This document shows, piece by piece, positions 50,794 to 61,813 of a stretch of DNA of 64,000 nt (its first letter is position 1; every line of letters begins with the position of its first letter). The notes beneath the pieces are model-generated. The model was not told the origin of the DNA and did not search any database. It was given only the letters and a program-made list of their open reading frames with translations. Origin of the DNA: Myxococcota bacterium (GTDB lineage: Bacteria; Myxococcota_A; Polyangia; Polyangiales; Houyiibacteriaceae); contig JBCCEA010000008.1 in NCBI GenBank assembly GCA_039030515.1, positions 1 through 64,000 on the forward strand. Reading direction: 5' to 3'. A program made the translations under genes and the position numbers.

Positions 50794-52416
50794 CTAGATT
50801 TCGAACGCCATCGCCTCAAGTCGCGCCAGCTCTCTCACCCGCACCACCTCCGCTACAAGAGCAGAGACATCAGCGGCGATCGCGTCGCTCGTCAGTTCGA
50901 TCTGGCTCTCTGCCAACGCATTCGCAGATCGAAAGGTCGCCGAAAGAGACGAAGCCAGTTCGGCCAAGCGCTGATCAAGCTCAGAAAGATCGATCTCAGT
51001 CTCCGCGACTACTGCTCGAGCCATGTTCTCATAGGCATGCTTCAACTCGTCCGGCGTACCCGCCGGAACGATATCCGGAAACATCTCTGCGTAGCTCACC
51101 AGAGTTCGCCAGAGTTCATGGGCCTTGACCGGATCTGGCTTTTCGCCACGCAGGTCATTGGCCGTCGATTCTACGTAGCGCCAAGCGGCACGATACTGCG
51201 ACAAGTCTACCTGGTACTCCATCTCCTCGGCGCGCGGCCAAAGCAAGTGACGAAACGAGTGCCGATGCTGGGTTACGGAATCCTGGAGTGCGTTGCTCGA
51301 TTCAGGCAACCTCGCAAAAAGAGAGGCGGCGACCCGGTCCGCATGGGCCAGCAGGTCCACACTCGCCATGCGGCGCCGAAGCCGGTGGGTCGTCCGACTG
51401 AGCAGAAGCTCTGCCTGACGTATCGCGATCTCCGTCGCATCGTCGAGCGCCCTTGCGTATTCACTCCCCCAACGCCAGAGCTGTTCTCGCTGTGCATCTA
51501 CGATGCGCTGAATATCTCGAGCTCTCTGGCGATCCATCTCTCGAAGCTGCTCCAAGTGGTGACCCGCTCTGCGTCTTAGATAGACGTAAAGGCCCAGGTA
51601 CAACAAACCATAGACCGCTAGCCAGCCCCCTAGGGCGGTAATCGTGGGCAACTGCTCATTGATGAGTTCGACAAAAGGCCCTTCGAAATCGAGTTTTAGT
51701 TGCGTCGCCAGATGCTCTTCAACCCACAGGATCAACCGCTTTCGTGCCGATATGGTCACATCGACCATCACGACGAGCAATACGAGCACTACGAGAGAAA
51801 GTCTTCGAACGATGAGACCGATGGGCACCTGTTGATTTTGGGTCATCAGCGCCACATGCTGGGAGCTGTACACGACGTCCACGGCCCCCAAGAAAAGTAC
51901 GAGCAGACGCTTGGTCAGGCCATACCTCGATCGAACCTTCAGTTGGTACATGCGGGGATCCGGCGGCTCCGCCTCACGCACTGCGGGAAGGCTTAGATCG
52001 ATCTTGATCTCCGTTGTCGACCCATCGAGCCTAGGAATGGAAAGCACGCTCTTCAGCGGCGTTGACGGAATGCGTCCGAGGAGCGCATCGAGAAAGCTCT
52101 CCCGAGCGGGCGCAAAGCTATCGCGGAGCACATGGCGAAGCGCTTCTAGCGTGCGTTCCACCCGCAGACAGTAGTCATCTGGACGCTTGTCGTGGAGCGT
52201 TTCCGAGGCGTCGTTCCAAGTTCCAGCAGCGTCACGATCCCAGGTGTCGACCGCACGTCCCGTTCGCCGTTCGAGTCGCCGAAGCGCTTCCTCAACGAGC
52301 CGAGCCTGAAGACGCCGCAGTTGAACGAACCAGAGAATCTTGTGTGCAAAAAACAGCAGGGCACCGAACATGCCGATGTAAAAGGCAGCCGCAACAAGTG
52401 ACCCAATAGACGCCAA
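50794..52416 (-). CDS. Hypothetical membrane protein with C-terminal coiled coils
   Basis: 540 aa, TTG start with strong AAGGAGGG RBS, ~3 TM segments, helical C-terminal half. Confidence 0.75.
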   Translation of the reverse strand: MASIGSLVAAAFYIGMFGALLFFAHKILWFVQLRRLQARLVEEALRRLERRTGRAVDTWDRDAAGTWNDASETLHDKRPDDYCLRVERTLEALRHVLRDSFAPARESFLDALLGRIPSTPLKSVLSIPRLDGSTTEIKIDLSLPAVREAEPPDPRMYQLKVRSRYGLTKRLLVLFLGAVDVVYSSQHVALMTQNQQVPIGLIVRRLSLVVLVLLVVMVDVTISARKRLILWVEEHLATQLKLDFEGPFVELINEQLPTITALGGWLAVYGLLYLGLYVYLRRRAGHHLEQLREMDRQRARDIQRIVDAQREQLWRWGSEYARALDDATEIAIRQAELLLSRTTHRLRRRMASVDLLAHADRVAASLFARLPESSNALQDSVTQHRHSFRHLLWPRAEEMEYQVDLSQYRAAWRYVESTANDLRGEKPDPVKAHELWRTLVSYAEMFPDIVPAGTPDELKHAYENMARAVVAETEIDLSELDQRLAELASSLSATFRSANALAESQIELTSDAIAADVSALVAEVVRVRELARLEAMAFEI

Positions 52417-52606
52417 GCACCCTCCTTCTTAGCGCTCCTACCTTAGCTGAACCGCGGCGCGATACCCAAACCTCGATGGGCTAAAATCTCCCCAATCTGA
52501 GCCGGTAGCCTGCCAGCAGCCCTCTCGCACATACGGAACGCGTCGCAGACAGTGGGGAGTCACGACTCTGTATCGGCAGATCTACGAACTAGGAGTGAGC
52601 GTTAAT

Positions 52607-53029
52607 CTATGCACAGGCATTGCAAACTCCTCTGAGCCGCACGTCCAGTTGCCCGTGAGCCGTCGACGTAAACCGTTCCGGAAACGGGATGCACACCGCA
52701 TCTTCGGGCAACAGGGAGATGCCGCCGCATTCACTGCACACAAAATACGGATGTGATCCAGGCCTTGAACCTGAGGATGAAACAAACCTGAAGCGCCAAA
52801 CGTGATCTCCTACGTCGTCGCGGTGCAGGATTCCGCGATCGGTGAGATCGACCAGATTACGGTACACGGTGGCCCGGTCGAAACCACGATCGGAAAGCAA
52901 AGAGCAGACTTCGGAGTGGCTCAGCGGACCCTCTGCGTTTGCCAGACATTTCAGCACAGCCAGTCGGGCTGCTGTAGCTCGGAGGCCGTGTTCACGCAGC
53001 ATCGTGCGTAATTCAGTAACGGAGTTCAT
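52607..53029 (-). CDS. Fur family transcriptional regulator (Zur-like)
   Basis: 'LREHGLRATAARLAVL...DRATVYRNL...HPYFVCSECG...GVCNAC'. Confidence 0.93.
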   Translation of the reverse strand: MNSVTELRTMLREHGLRATAARLAVLKCLANAEGPLSHSEVCSLLSDRGFDRATVYRNLVDLTDRGILHRDDVGDHVWRFRFVSSSGSRPGSHPYFVCSECGGISLLPEDAVCIPFPERFTSTAHGQLDVRLRGVCNACA

Positions 53030-53073
53030 TTCGTCTAGAATTGGAGCGGATGCTAGGAGAACCGTCGCCTTGA

Positions 53074-53105
53074 TGCAACGCGAATGCTGCTGCAAAGAAG
53101 ATGCA
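53074..53105. promoter_or_regulatory. Tandem TGCA-N7-TGC(A/T) boxes, candidate Fur-family operator
   Basis: TGCA-acgcgaa-TGCT (53074-53088) and TGCA-aagaaga-TGCA (53091-53105) in the 78-bp spacer between the divergent regulator and permease. Confidence 0.55.
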
Positions 53106-53107
53106 TT

Positions 53108-54925
53108 ATGGTCGCTTGGCTTCTCGGGGTAGGCGCGGTGGCGGTCGGAACAGCGGCAGGACTCGCTGGACGCCGAATGCAGCCATTTTTGTCGGGCATC
53201 GCCACGTTCGCTCTGGTGAGCGCGTTGACTATCGTCATCGGACAGCTGCTTCCGGATGCCATCGAACACCTGGGCCTGGCGGCTGTGCTCACCTTTGCCG
53301 CGGCCGGGTGCCTACCGATGACCCTGGAAAAGGTAGCTCGCGCCGTATCGAGTCGAACGAGCAAAGGCCGAGCGCGCCGGCACGCGGACGTGATCAGCCT
53401 CGAACTTAGCTATGCAGGTCTTGTACTCCATAAAATCGGAGACGGCGGAAGCATCGCCGCATTGTCGACTCCATCCCATGCGGGGCATGGGCACTGGGAT
53501 GTGATCGTCGCTGTCGGCGTCCATACCGTACCCATCGTGGCTGTGTTCGTACTCGCAACGCGACGCCTGTTCGGACTGCGTGCGGCGCTGTACCACGCCG
53601 CCGGACTGGCACTGGCCACGGCAACGGGTGTGGTGCTTGTCGACGTCATCCCCGCGGACTTCTTGAATGAAGTCGAACCTTGGCTTTCCGTGGTGGTAGG
53701 CGGGCTTCTACTGCATGTCGTGCTGCACGACTGGGGCCCTCGACCTACCTGGACACGCAAGGGACGAGTCGTCGACGTTCTTGCCGCCGCGGCTGGCGTC
53801 TCGTTGATGTTCCTCCCAAGTCACAGCCACAGCAGCGGGTCAATACGGGCCGAGGTAGGTCGCGTCTTCCTTGATCTCGCGTTGGAAGCGGCGCCCTCCT
53901 TGCTGATCGGGCTCGCTATTGGCGCAGCACTTCAGACCTTTGGAGGCCAGCTACCCCTGCAGTGGCTCCAGCGAGGCTCGAGCGTTCGCCAGGCGGTTCA
54001 AGGAGCGGTGATCGGAGCTCCGCTTCCCGTTTGCTCTTGCGGCGTATTGCCACTGGCGCAAGCACTTCGAACCAAGGGAGCAGGAACACCGCTGGTCATC
54101 GCCTTCCTTTTGGCCACTCCTGAACTGGGCGTCGAAAGCTTTGCACTCTCGGTTCAGTTTCTCGGATGGCACTTTGCGATTCTGCGACTCTTTGCCGCTG
54201 TGTTCATCGCCGTTGTGGCCGCACTGGTGATGTCTCGATTCGCCCCCCGAGCCGATCGCGGCGAGAACACTCGCTCGGAGCCCTCTCAAGACATGCAAGA
54301 GGTCCCCGCTCCACATGTGATCTCACGCTGGCTGGCCAATCTAGAGGATCTTACGGTTCACATAGCCCCTTGGACCCTGGTCGGACTTCTCGTTGCGTCT
54401 TTTTCTGCGACGATCGTGCCGCCTCAAGGGCTGCAGCAGTACGCCTCAACCACCTTGGAACTATTCGTGGTGACATTGATCGCACTTCCTACCTACGTGT
54501 GCGCAGCGTCGGCAACGCCCCTTGCCGCAGTGCTCATGGCCAAAGGTCTCTCTCCCGGTGCGATGCTGGCCGCCTTGCTACTCGGCCCAGCAACCAACGT
54601 GGCCACCGTCGGCTGGCTTAGAGGTGCTTACGGAACGCGCGCCACTGCGATTACCTTGGTCGCAGTCCTGGGGATCACCTGGCTAGGTTCCTATCTGATC
54701 AATCGGTCGACTTTCGAACTACATCTATCTGCCGAGCAGGCGGTCCACCATGAGCACGGGATTCCGGCTTTCGCCGCGCTCGCGGTGCTTTTGCTCCTGG
54801 TGCTTCGAAGCCTCTACCAGGTCGGCGTGCGGCAATGGCTCGGGTCGATCCAGCTGGGCGGGCACCATCACGGACACGGGCACCATCACGGACACGGGCA
54901 CCACCACGGACACGGGCATGGCTAG
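53108..54925 (+). CDS. Metal permease: ZIP-like N-terminal half fused to an ArsP/DUF318 permease, His-rich
   Basis: HKIGDG and VGVHTVP (ZIP TM4/5-like); PVCSCGVLP, FLLATPELG, YVCAASATP and LGPATN (DUF318); C-terminal (GHHHGH)x3. Confidence 0.85.
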   Translation: MVAWLLGVGAVAVGTAAGLAGRRMQPFLSGIATFALVSALTIVIGQLLPDAIEHLGLAAVLTFAAAGCLPMTLEKVARAVSSRTSKGRARRHADVISLELSYAGLVLHKIGDGGSIAALSTPSHAGHGHWDVIVAVGVHTVPIVAVFVLATRRLFGLRAALYHAAGLALATATGVVLVDVIPADFLNEVEPWLSVVVGGLLLHVVLHDWGPRPTWTRKGRVVDVLAAAAGVSLMFLPSHSHSSGSIRAEVGRVFLDLALEAAPSLLIGLAIGAALQTFGGQLPLQWLQRGSSVRQAVQGAVIGAPLPVCSCGVLPLAQALRTKGAGTPLVIAFLLATPELGVESFALSVQFLGWHFAILRLFAAVFIAVVAALVMSRFAPRADRGENTRSEPSQDMQEVPAPHVISRWLANLEDLTVHIAPWTLVGLLVASFSATIVPPQGLQQYASTTLELFVVTLIALPTYVCAASATPLAAVLMAKGLSPGAMLAALLLGPATNVATVGWLRGAYGTRATAITLVAVLGITWLGSYLINRSTFELHLSAEQAVHHEHGIPAFAALAVLLLLVLRSLYQVGVRQWLGSIQLGGHHHGHGHHHGHGHHHGHGHG

Positions 54926-54982
54926 ATCGAAGGAGACAGAAACAAGGCGTAGTGGAGCACGAGATGTCGCTTTTCAGAGGGG

Positions 54983-57886
54983 CTAGGAAGACGCCTTCTT
55001 CTTCTTTGACGCCTTCTTAGTTGCAGCCTTTTTCGACGTTTTCTTTTTCGTCACAGGGGTCGCCTCGACAGCATCTTTTTTGGAGGATGCCTTCTTTTTG
55101 GTCGTTGTCTTTTTTTTCTTGGATGCCGCTTTCTTCGTTCGTTTTTTGCTCGGTCCTGCTTCCCGACGTAGTTGCAGCAGCTCCTGAGCTCTCTCCTGGG
55201 TTAGCGTGTCTGGATCGTCACTCGAACGCAGACTCGCATTGGTTTCGCCGTCAGTCACGTACGGGCCAAACCGCCCCTTACGGAGGGTGATCGTCTGACC
55301 ACTCACCGTGTCTTCGCCGAGCTCGCGGAGCGGCTCCGCAGCCGCCCGACGTCGCCGAGTCGGTGCTTTGGAGAGCAGTTCGAGAGCCTCGGCCACAGTG
55401 ACGGTGAAGATCGATTCCTCACTCGGCAAGGTCCGACTTTCTTTGCCCTTTGAGATATAGGGGCCGAATTTGCCGTTTCTGGCTAGGATCTCCTCGCCAT
55501 CTTCAGCGACGCCAACCGCACGGGGTAGTGACAGAAGCCGAAGCGCATCTTCGACGGTCAGCTCAGCGGGATCCATCGACTTGAAGAGTGAGGCGGTCTT
55601 CGGTTTGGAGCCGTCTTCGGGCTTTTCCCCAAGCTGCACGTAGGCTCCGTACTGACTGGTGCGGAGCAGTACCGGCAGTCCGGATTCTGCATCGACTCCG
55701 ACCTGGCGGTCCGAACTGGGGGCGTCCAAAAGCTCGATCGCTTTGTCGAGTGTGAGCTCGTCCGGAGGCATCTTCTCGGGGATTTGGGCAGTGTCTTCGC
55801 CGCGCACGAGGTAGGGGCCAAACTTTCGGCCTACCCGCACCTGAATCGCAAGGCCGTCTTTGTCTTCCCCGAGTACGATCGTATTCACCGCACGCGCATC
55901 GATGGCTTGCAGATTAGAGCTCACCAGAGCACGCAGACCTGCGTCGAGCGAGACGCGCGACTCCGAAACAGCGGCTTGCGGGGCTCCAGACACCACAGCG
56001 GATTCTCCACCCTGTGAGGTGCCGTGGAACACTCCGAGCTCCGTCGGTTGGCCATCGCCCTGGCATCCGTCATTCGTATTCGCCGGCAACCCACCTCCGA
56101 AGTAAAAGCGACGAAGCCAAGGAACAGTTGCCTCATCTCCGCGGGCGATGGCGTCGAGCTGATCCTCCATGCGGGCGGTAAAGGCGTAGTCCACAAGACC
56201 ACCGAAATGCTGCTCGAGCAGCGTGATCACGGCAAATGCCTTGAACGAGGGAACGAGGGCCGTACCTCGCTTCCAAGCGTACTCTCTTGCCAGAATTGTG
56301 CTGATGATCGACGCATAAGTCGATGGGCGACCCACGCCGAGTTCCTCCAGACGTCGCACCAAAGAAGCCTCGGTAAAGCGGGCACGCGGCTGAGTCTCGT
56401 GAAGCACCGGTTTGAACTCTTGACCCGCAAGCGACTCACCCTCTTGCACTGGAGGCAGCGGGCGCTCGCGGTTTTCGAGTTCCGCCTCGGGGTCGTCGCT
56501 CCCCTCGACATATGCGCGCAAAAAACCCGGGAACGTAATGGTCAGACCGCTGGTGGAAAATTCGACCGAATCGGGGACGCCGTTTCTCTTAATCGCTCCC
56601 GAGATCCGAACCTGCAGACGATGACCGACGGCGTCCTTCATCTGCGAAGCGACCGTGCGTTTCCATACGAGCTCGTAGAGCTTGGCCTCGTCAGGACCGA
56701 CCTCTTTTGCGACCTCCGCCGGCAGCCTGAAGGAATCACCGGCCGGGCGAATCGCTTCATGTGCTTCCTGGGCATTTTTGACTTTTTTTCGATAGAGGCG
56801 CGGCTGCTCCGGCAGATAGTGGGCACCGTAAAGCCCCTCTATATGCGATCGGGCCGCGGTTAGCGCCGAGTCCGAAAGCGTGGTGCTGTCCGTACGCATG
56901 TACGTGATGTATCCAGATTCGTAGAGACGCTGGGCGGCCTTCATCGTGCGAGACGAGCTAAATCGTAGTTTGCGGCCGGACTCCTGTTGTAGGGTGGAGG
57001 TCATGAAGGGCGCGGCTGGAGCCCGCTTGTACGGCTTGCGCTCCACGGAGCGAACTTGGAACGTGCCGTGATCAAGGGCCGATTTCAGCTCTTTCGCCTG
57101 TAGCTCATCGAGCAAAAGCACGTCTTTGCTCAGCCTGCCGAGATCATCAAAATCCTTGCTGGTCGCCAACCTCTGTCCAGACACCGAGATTAGATTGGCC
57201 TCGATTTTCTGATGTGCTGCCTCCGAGGAGGGGGTGTCCGGCAGGAAATTGCCGTTGATGTCCCAGTATTTTGCGCTCTGAAAACGTATTCGTTCGCGCT
57301 CTCGCGCTACGATCACCCGGGTGGCTACGCTCTGAACACGTCCAGCCGAAAGCCCCGGCATCACCTTCTTCCACAGAACCGGGGACACCTCGTAACCGTA
57401 GAGACGATCGAGAATTCGTCTGGCCTCCTGCGCGTCTACCAAGTGCCTGTCGATATCCCTAGGATGGTCAAGCGCGTGCTGGATCGCTTTTTTGGTGATC
57501 TCGTGGAACACCATCCGCTTCACCGGAACCTTCGGTCGCAGCACTTCAGATAGATGCCAAGCGATCGCCTCTCCCTCCCGATCCTCATCGGTTGCGAGCA
57601 GGAGCTCATCAGCCTCTTTGAGCAGAGCCTTGAGCCTGGTGATGTGACTCTTTTTTTCTTCGTCTACGATGTAAAGAGGTTTGAAGTCATTTTCGACATC
57701 CACGCCCAAACGAGCAACCTCTCGCGAGCGCTTGTCCTTTTTCAGCTCTGCTGGGACGTCACTAGCCCGTTTAGGCAGGTCACGGATGTGTCCGATCGAC
57801 GACTCGACGACAAAGCGCTCCCCGAGAAAGCCGGCGATCGTGCGGGCTTTGGCAGGTGATTCAACGATGACAAGGGATTTGGCCAC
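54983..57886 (-). CDS. topA: DNA topoisomerase I
   Basis: LVIVESPAKA, ATDEDREGEAI, SAGRVQS, YITYMRTDS, AQEAHEAIRP and GRPSTY motifs; C-terminal GRFGPY-type repeats and Lys-rich tail; GTG start estimated. Confidence 0.98.
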   Translation of the reverse strand: MAKSLVIVESPAKARTIAGFLGERFVVESSIGHIRDLPKRASDVPAELKKDKRSREVARLGVDVENDFKPLYIVDEEKKSHITRLKALLKEADELLLATDEDREGEAIAWHLSEVLRPKVPVKRMVFHEITKKAIQHALDHPRDIDRHLVDAQEARRILDRLYGYEVSPVLWKKVMPGLSAGRVQSVATRVIVARERERIRFQSAKYWDINGNFLPDTPSSEAAHQKIEANLISVSGQRLATSKDFDDLGRLSKDVLLLDELQAKELKSALDHGTFQVRSVERKPYKRAPAAPFMTSTLQQESGRKLRFSSSRTMKAAQRLYESGYITYMRTDSTTLSDSALTAARSHIEGLYGAHYLPEQPRLYRKKVKNAQEAHEAIRPAGDSFRLPAEVAKEVGPDEAKLYELVWKRTVASQMKDAVGHRLQVRISGAIKRNGVPDSVEFSTSGLTITFPGFLRAYVEGSDDPEAELENRERPLPPVQEGESLAGQEFKPVLHETQPRARFTEASLVRRLEELGVGRPSTYASIISTILAREYAWKRGTALVPSFKAFAVITLLEQHFGGLVDYAFTARMEDQLDAIARGDEATVPWLRRFYFGGGLPANTNDGCQGDGQPTELGVFHGTSQGGESAVVSGAPQAAVSESRVSLDAGLRALVSSNLQAIDARAVNTIVLGEDKDGLAIQVRVGRKFGPYLVRGEDTAQIPEKMPPDELTLDKAIELLDAPSSDRQVGVDAESGLPVLLRTSQYGAYVQLGEKPEDGSKPKTASLFKSMDPAELTVEDALRLLSLPRAVGVAEDGEEILARNGKFGPYISKGKESRTLPSEESIFTVTVAEALELLSKAPTRRRRAAAEPLRELGEDTVSGQTITLRKGRFGPYVTDGETNASLRSSDDPDTLTQERAQELLQLRREAGPSKKRTKKAASKKKKTTTKKKASSKKDAVEATPVTKKKTSKKAATKKASKKKKASS

Positions 57887-58024
57887 AAGACGGGTAAATA
57901 CGGACTGCTCAGCTCTTGTCAAATCCTCGGAGCAATCGCGGACCGTGATCGATCGAAGAGCAGCGTACGTCAAGGTGGAGGCACGTTGTCCAATTTGTGC
58001 ATCGGAGCCCGAGCCAGAACATCT

Positions 58025-58438
58025 CTAAGACACTGTAATCTCTAAGGATGCGAGCTTCTTGATACGCGCTACCATCGAGTAGAGACCGTTGCTGCGCCCG
58101 ACCGAGAGGTGTTGATCCAATCCGATGCGCGCCATCGTCCCTTTGGGATCGATCGCAAGAATCTCAGCAGCTTGTTTGCCTGAGTACAAACTCAGCAAAA
58201 TGTACACCAGGCCGCGTACGATGTGCGCGTCGCTGTCCGCTTCAAAACAGAGCGCCCCCTCTGCATTTTTGCGGGCAACCAGCCATACCTGACTCATGCA
58301 CCCACGCACTTTATTTTCCTGGACCCTATGGGCCTCCTCCATGGGTGGTAGGGACCGCCCCAGCTCGATGAGGTAGCGATAGCGGTCGGTCCAGTCTTCG
58401 AGGAAGGTGATGTTGTCCACCAACTCTTCGATGTCCAT
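58025..58438 (-). CDS. sufE: SufE family Fe-S metabolism protein
   Basis: 'RYRYLIELGRSLP...NKVRGCMSQVW...ADSDAHIVRGL...LSVGRSNGL'. Confidence 0.95.
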   Translation of the reverse strand: MDIEELVDNITFLEDWTDRYRYLIELGRSLPPMEEAHRVQENKVRGCMSQVWLVARKNAEGALCFEADSDAHIVRGLVYILLSLYSGKQAAEILAIDPKGTMARIGLDQHLSVGRSNGLYSMVARIKKLASLEITVS

Positions 58439-58691
58439 AGGTGCCACGCTCGGACGTTAGAGCGGAACGACCGTCAAGGCCAACAGCTTGCCAGCGACTG
58501 TCCCTTTGGACATGGAACAAACTACGGGAGCGAACTGGGCTTCATCTCGACGAAACGCGGTGGTTTTAGGCTGCTCCACAGCACGAAACCCGGCAGCGAC
58601 CGCGCTGAAGTGACCCAAAGCGTAGGTTTTTTCTCAAAACAAGCGCGGCGGGTCGCCCGTGGGGTCAAATTGTTTCAAAAGTATGCTCGTG

Positions 58692-59762
58692 ATGCTTTCG
58701 GGAATCGATGACGTTCGCATACGCGAACTGCGGCCAGTGCTGTCTCCGGCGGTGCTTATGGATGAGGTTCAGCCCTCCGCCGCGGGCCAAGAAACCGTGG
58801 CGACCACCCGCCAACAGATCTCAGAGATCCTCCACGGGAGGGCGGACAAACTCTTGGTCGTGGTCGGGCCTTGTTCGGTACACGACCCGAACGCTGCCCT
58901 CGAGTACGCGCAGCGCTTGGCGGATTTTCGGGCTCAGGTCGACGATCAACTTCTGCTCGTCATGCGCACGTACTTTGAAAAACCCCGAACGGTCGTCGGT
59001 TGGAAAGGCCTTATCAACGATCCCGACCTCGACGGTTCTTGTAAGATCAACCACGGGCTTCGCATCGCACGCACCTTGCTGAGGGATATCTCTGAGCTCG
59101 GCATACCTGCAGGCACGGAGTTCTTAGACCCGATATCCCCTCAGTTCGTTGCTGATTTGGTGAGCTGGGGCGCGATCGGAGCTCGGACAACAGAGAGCCA
59201 GGTGCATCGCCAATTCGCCTCGGGTCTGTCGATGCCCGTCGGGTTCAAGAACGGGACGGGGGGTGCGATCAAGCTCGCCGCCGATGCGGTGAACGCGGCC
59301 GGCCACGCTCATAGCTTTCTGGGAGTCACAAAGCAGGGAACCTGTGCGATCGTAGAAACCCAAGGAAATCCAGACTGTCACGTGATTCTGCGCGGCGGAA
59401 GTGCAGCGACAAACTACCAGGCCGAACATGTGAAGGAGGCAACCGAGATGTTGACGAAGGCCGGATTGGAGCCTCGTCTGATGGTCGACTGCAGCCACGG
59501 CAACAGCCGCAAGAATCATGAAAACCAGCCCGGCATCGCAAGAGACCTGGCCGGCCAACTGCGCTCGGAGTCATCAGGAATCTTTGGGGTGATGGTCGAA
59601 AGCTTTCTCGTCGCAGGGCGTCAAGATCTACGGCTGGATCACCCGATGACCTTCGGCCAGAGCGTGACCGATGCGTGCATCGACTGGGAAACGACCAAAG
59701 AGGTGCTCTTGGAACTTGCAGACGCGATAGAGACCCGTCGATCCAAAGCACATAACGCATGA
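58692..59762 (+). CDS. 3-deoxy-7-phosphoheptulonate (DAHP) synthase, class I alpha
   Basis: GPCSVHD, YFEKPRTVVGWKGLINDP, IGARTTESQVHR, DCSHGNS and SVTDAC motifs; start may be 58659 or 58683. Confidence 0.96.
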   Translation: MLSGIDDVRIRELRPVLSPAVLMDEVQPSAAGQETVATTRQQISEILHGRADKLLVVVGPCSVHDPNAALEYAQRLADFRAQVDDQLLLVMRTYFEKPRTVVGWKGLINDPDLDGSCKINHGLRIARTLLRDISELGIPAGTEFLDPISPQFVADLVSWGAIGARTTESQVHRQFASGLSMPVGFKNGTGGAIKLAADAVNAAGHAHSFLGVTKQGTCAIVETQGNPDCHVILRGGSAATNYQAEHVKEATEMLTKAGLEPRLMVDCSHGNSRKNHENQPGIARDLAGQLRSESSGIFGVMVESFLVAGRQDLRLDHPMTFGQSVTDACIDWETTKEVLLELADAIETRRSKAHNA

Positions 59763-59787
59763 GTCTCTCGAAGGCGCATGGGTTCCG

Positions 59788-60144
59788 ATGACCACAATTC
59801 CCGTACCGGTTGAGATTCGAGCGCCTCTCGGAGCGCAGACCCTAGAGATCGATTGGAGCGATGGAGGCACCAGCTTTTTGCCACATCGACTCTTGCGGGC
59901 GTTCTGCCCGTGCGCCCATTGCCAAGGTCATCAAGGCCCCATCCGCTATGCTCCGGTGATAGACCAGATACCGGCCCCTTCGCTCGACCTCCAAAACCTT
60001 GAGGAGGTCGGCAACTATGCGCTGAGGCTCGTGTGGGCAGACGGGCACGCCACCGGCATCTACGCTTTTCGTTATCTGCTCGCACTCTCTGAACTCGGTG
60101 ATGCTCCTGATTCAGTGCTGAGGACGAGCACCTTTGAACGATAG
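59788..60144 (+). CDS. DUF971 / gamma-butyrobetaine hydroxylase-like N-terminal domain protein
   Basis: 'LEIDWSDG...LRAFCPCAHC...VGNYALRLVWADGHATGIY'. Confidence 0.92.
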   Translation: MTTIPVPVEIRAPLGAQTLEIDWSDGGTSFLPHRLLRAFCPCAHCQGHQGPIRYAPVIDQIPAPSLDLQNLEEVGNYALRLVWADGHATGIYAFRYLLALSELGDAPDSVLRTSTFER

Positions 60145-60178
60145 CTGTCTGGTCACAATCGGGCTAGCTTGGTCGCCC

Positions 60179-61709
<1,531 letters not shown>

Positions 61710-61813
61710 TCAAAGCAGCCTCTCAAGTCACCAAACGCAAGCGTCATCACAGTGGGCCCGAGTCTGTGCGCTGAGTTTCGGCTGATGCGCCCGACCGGAG
61801 CGGCCTCTCTCAG

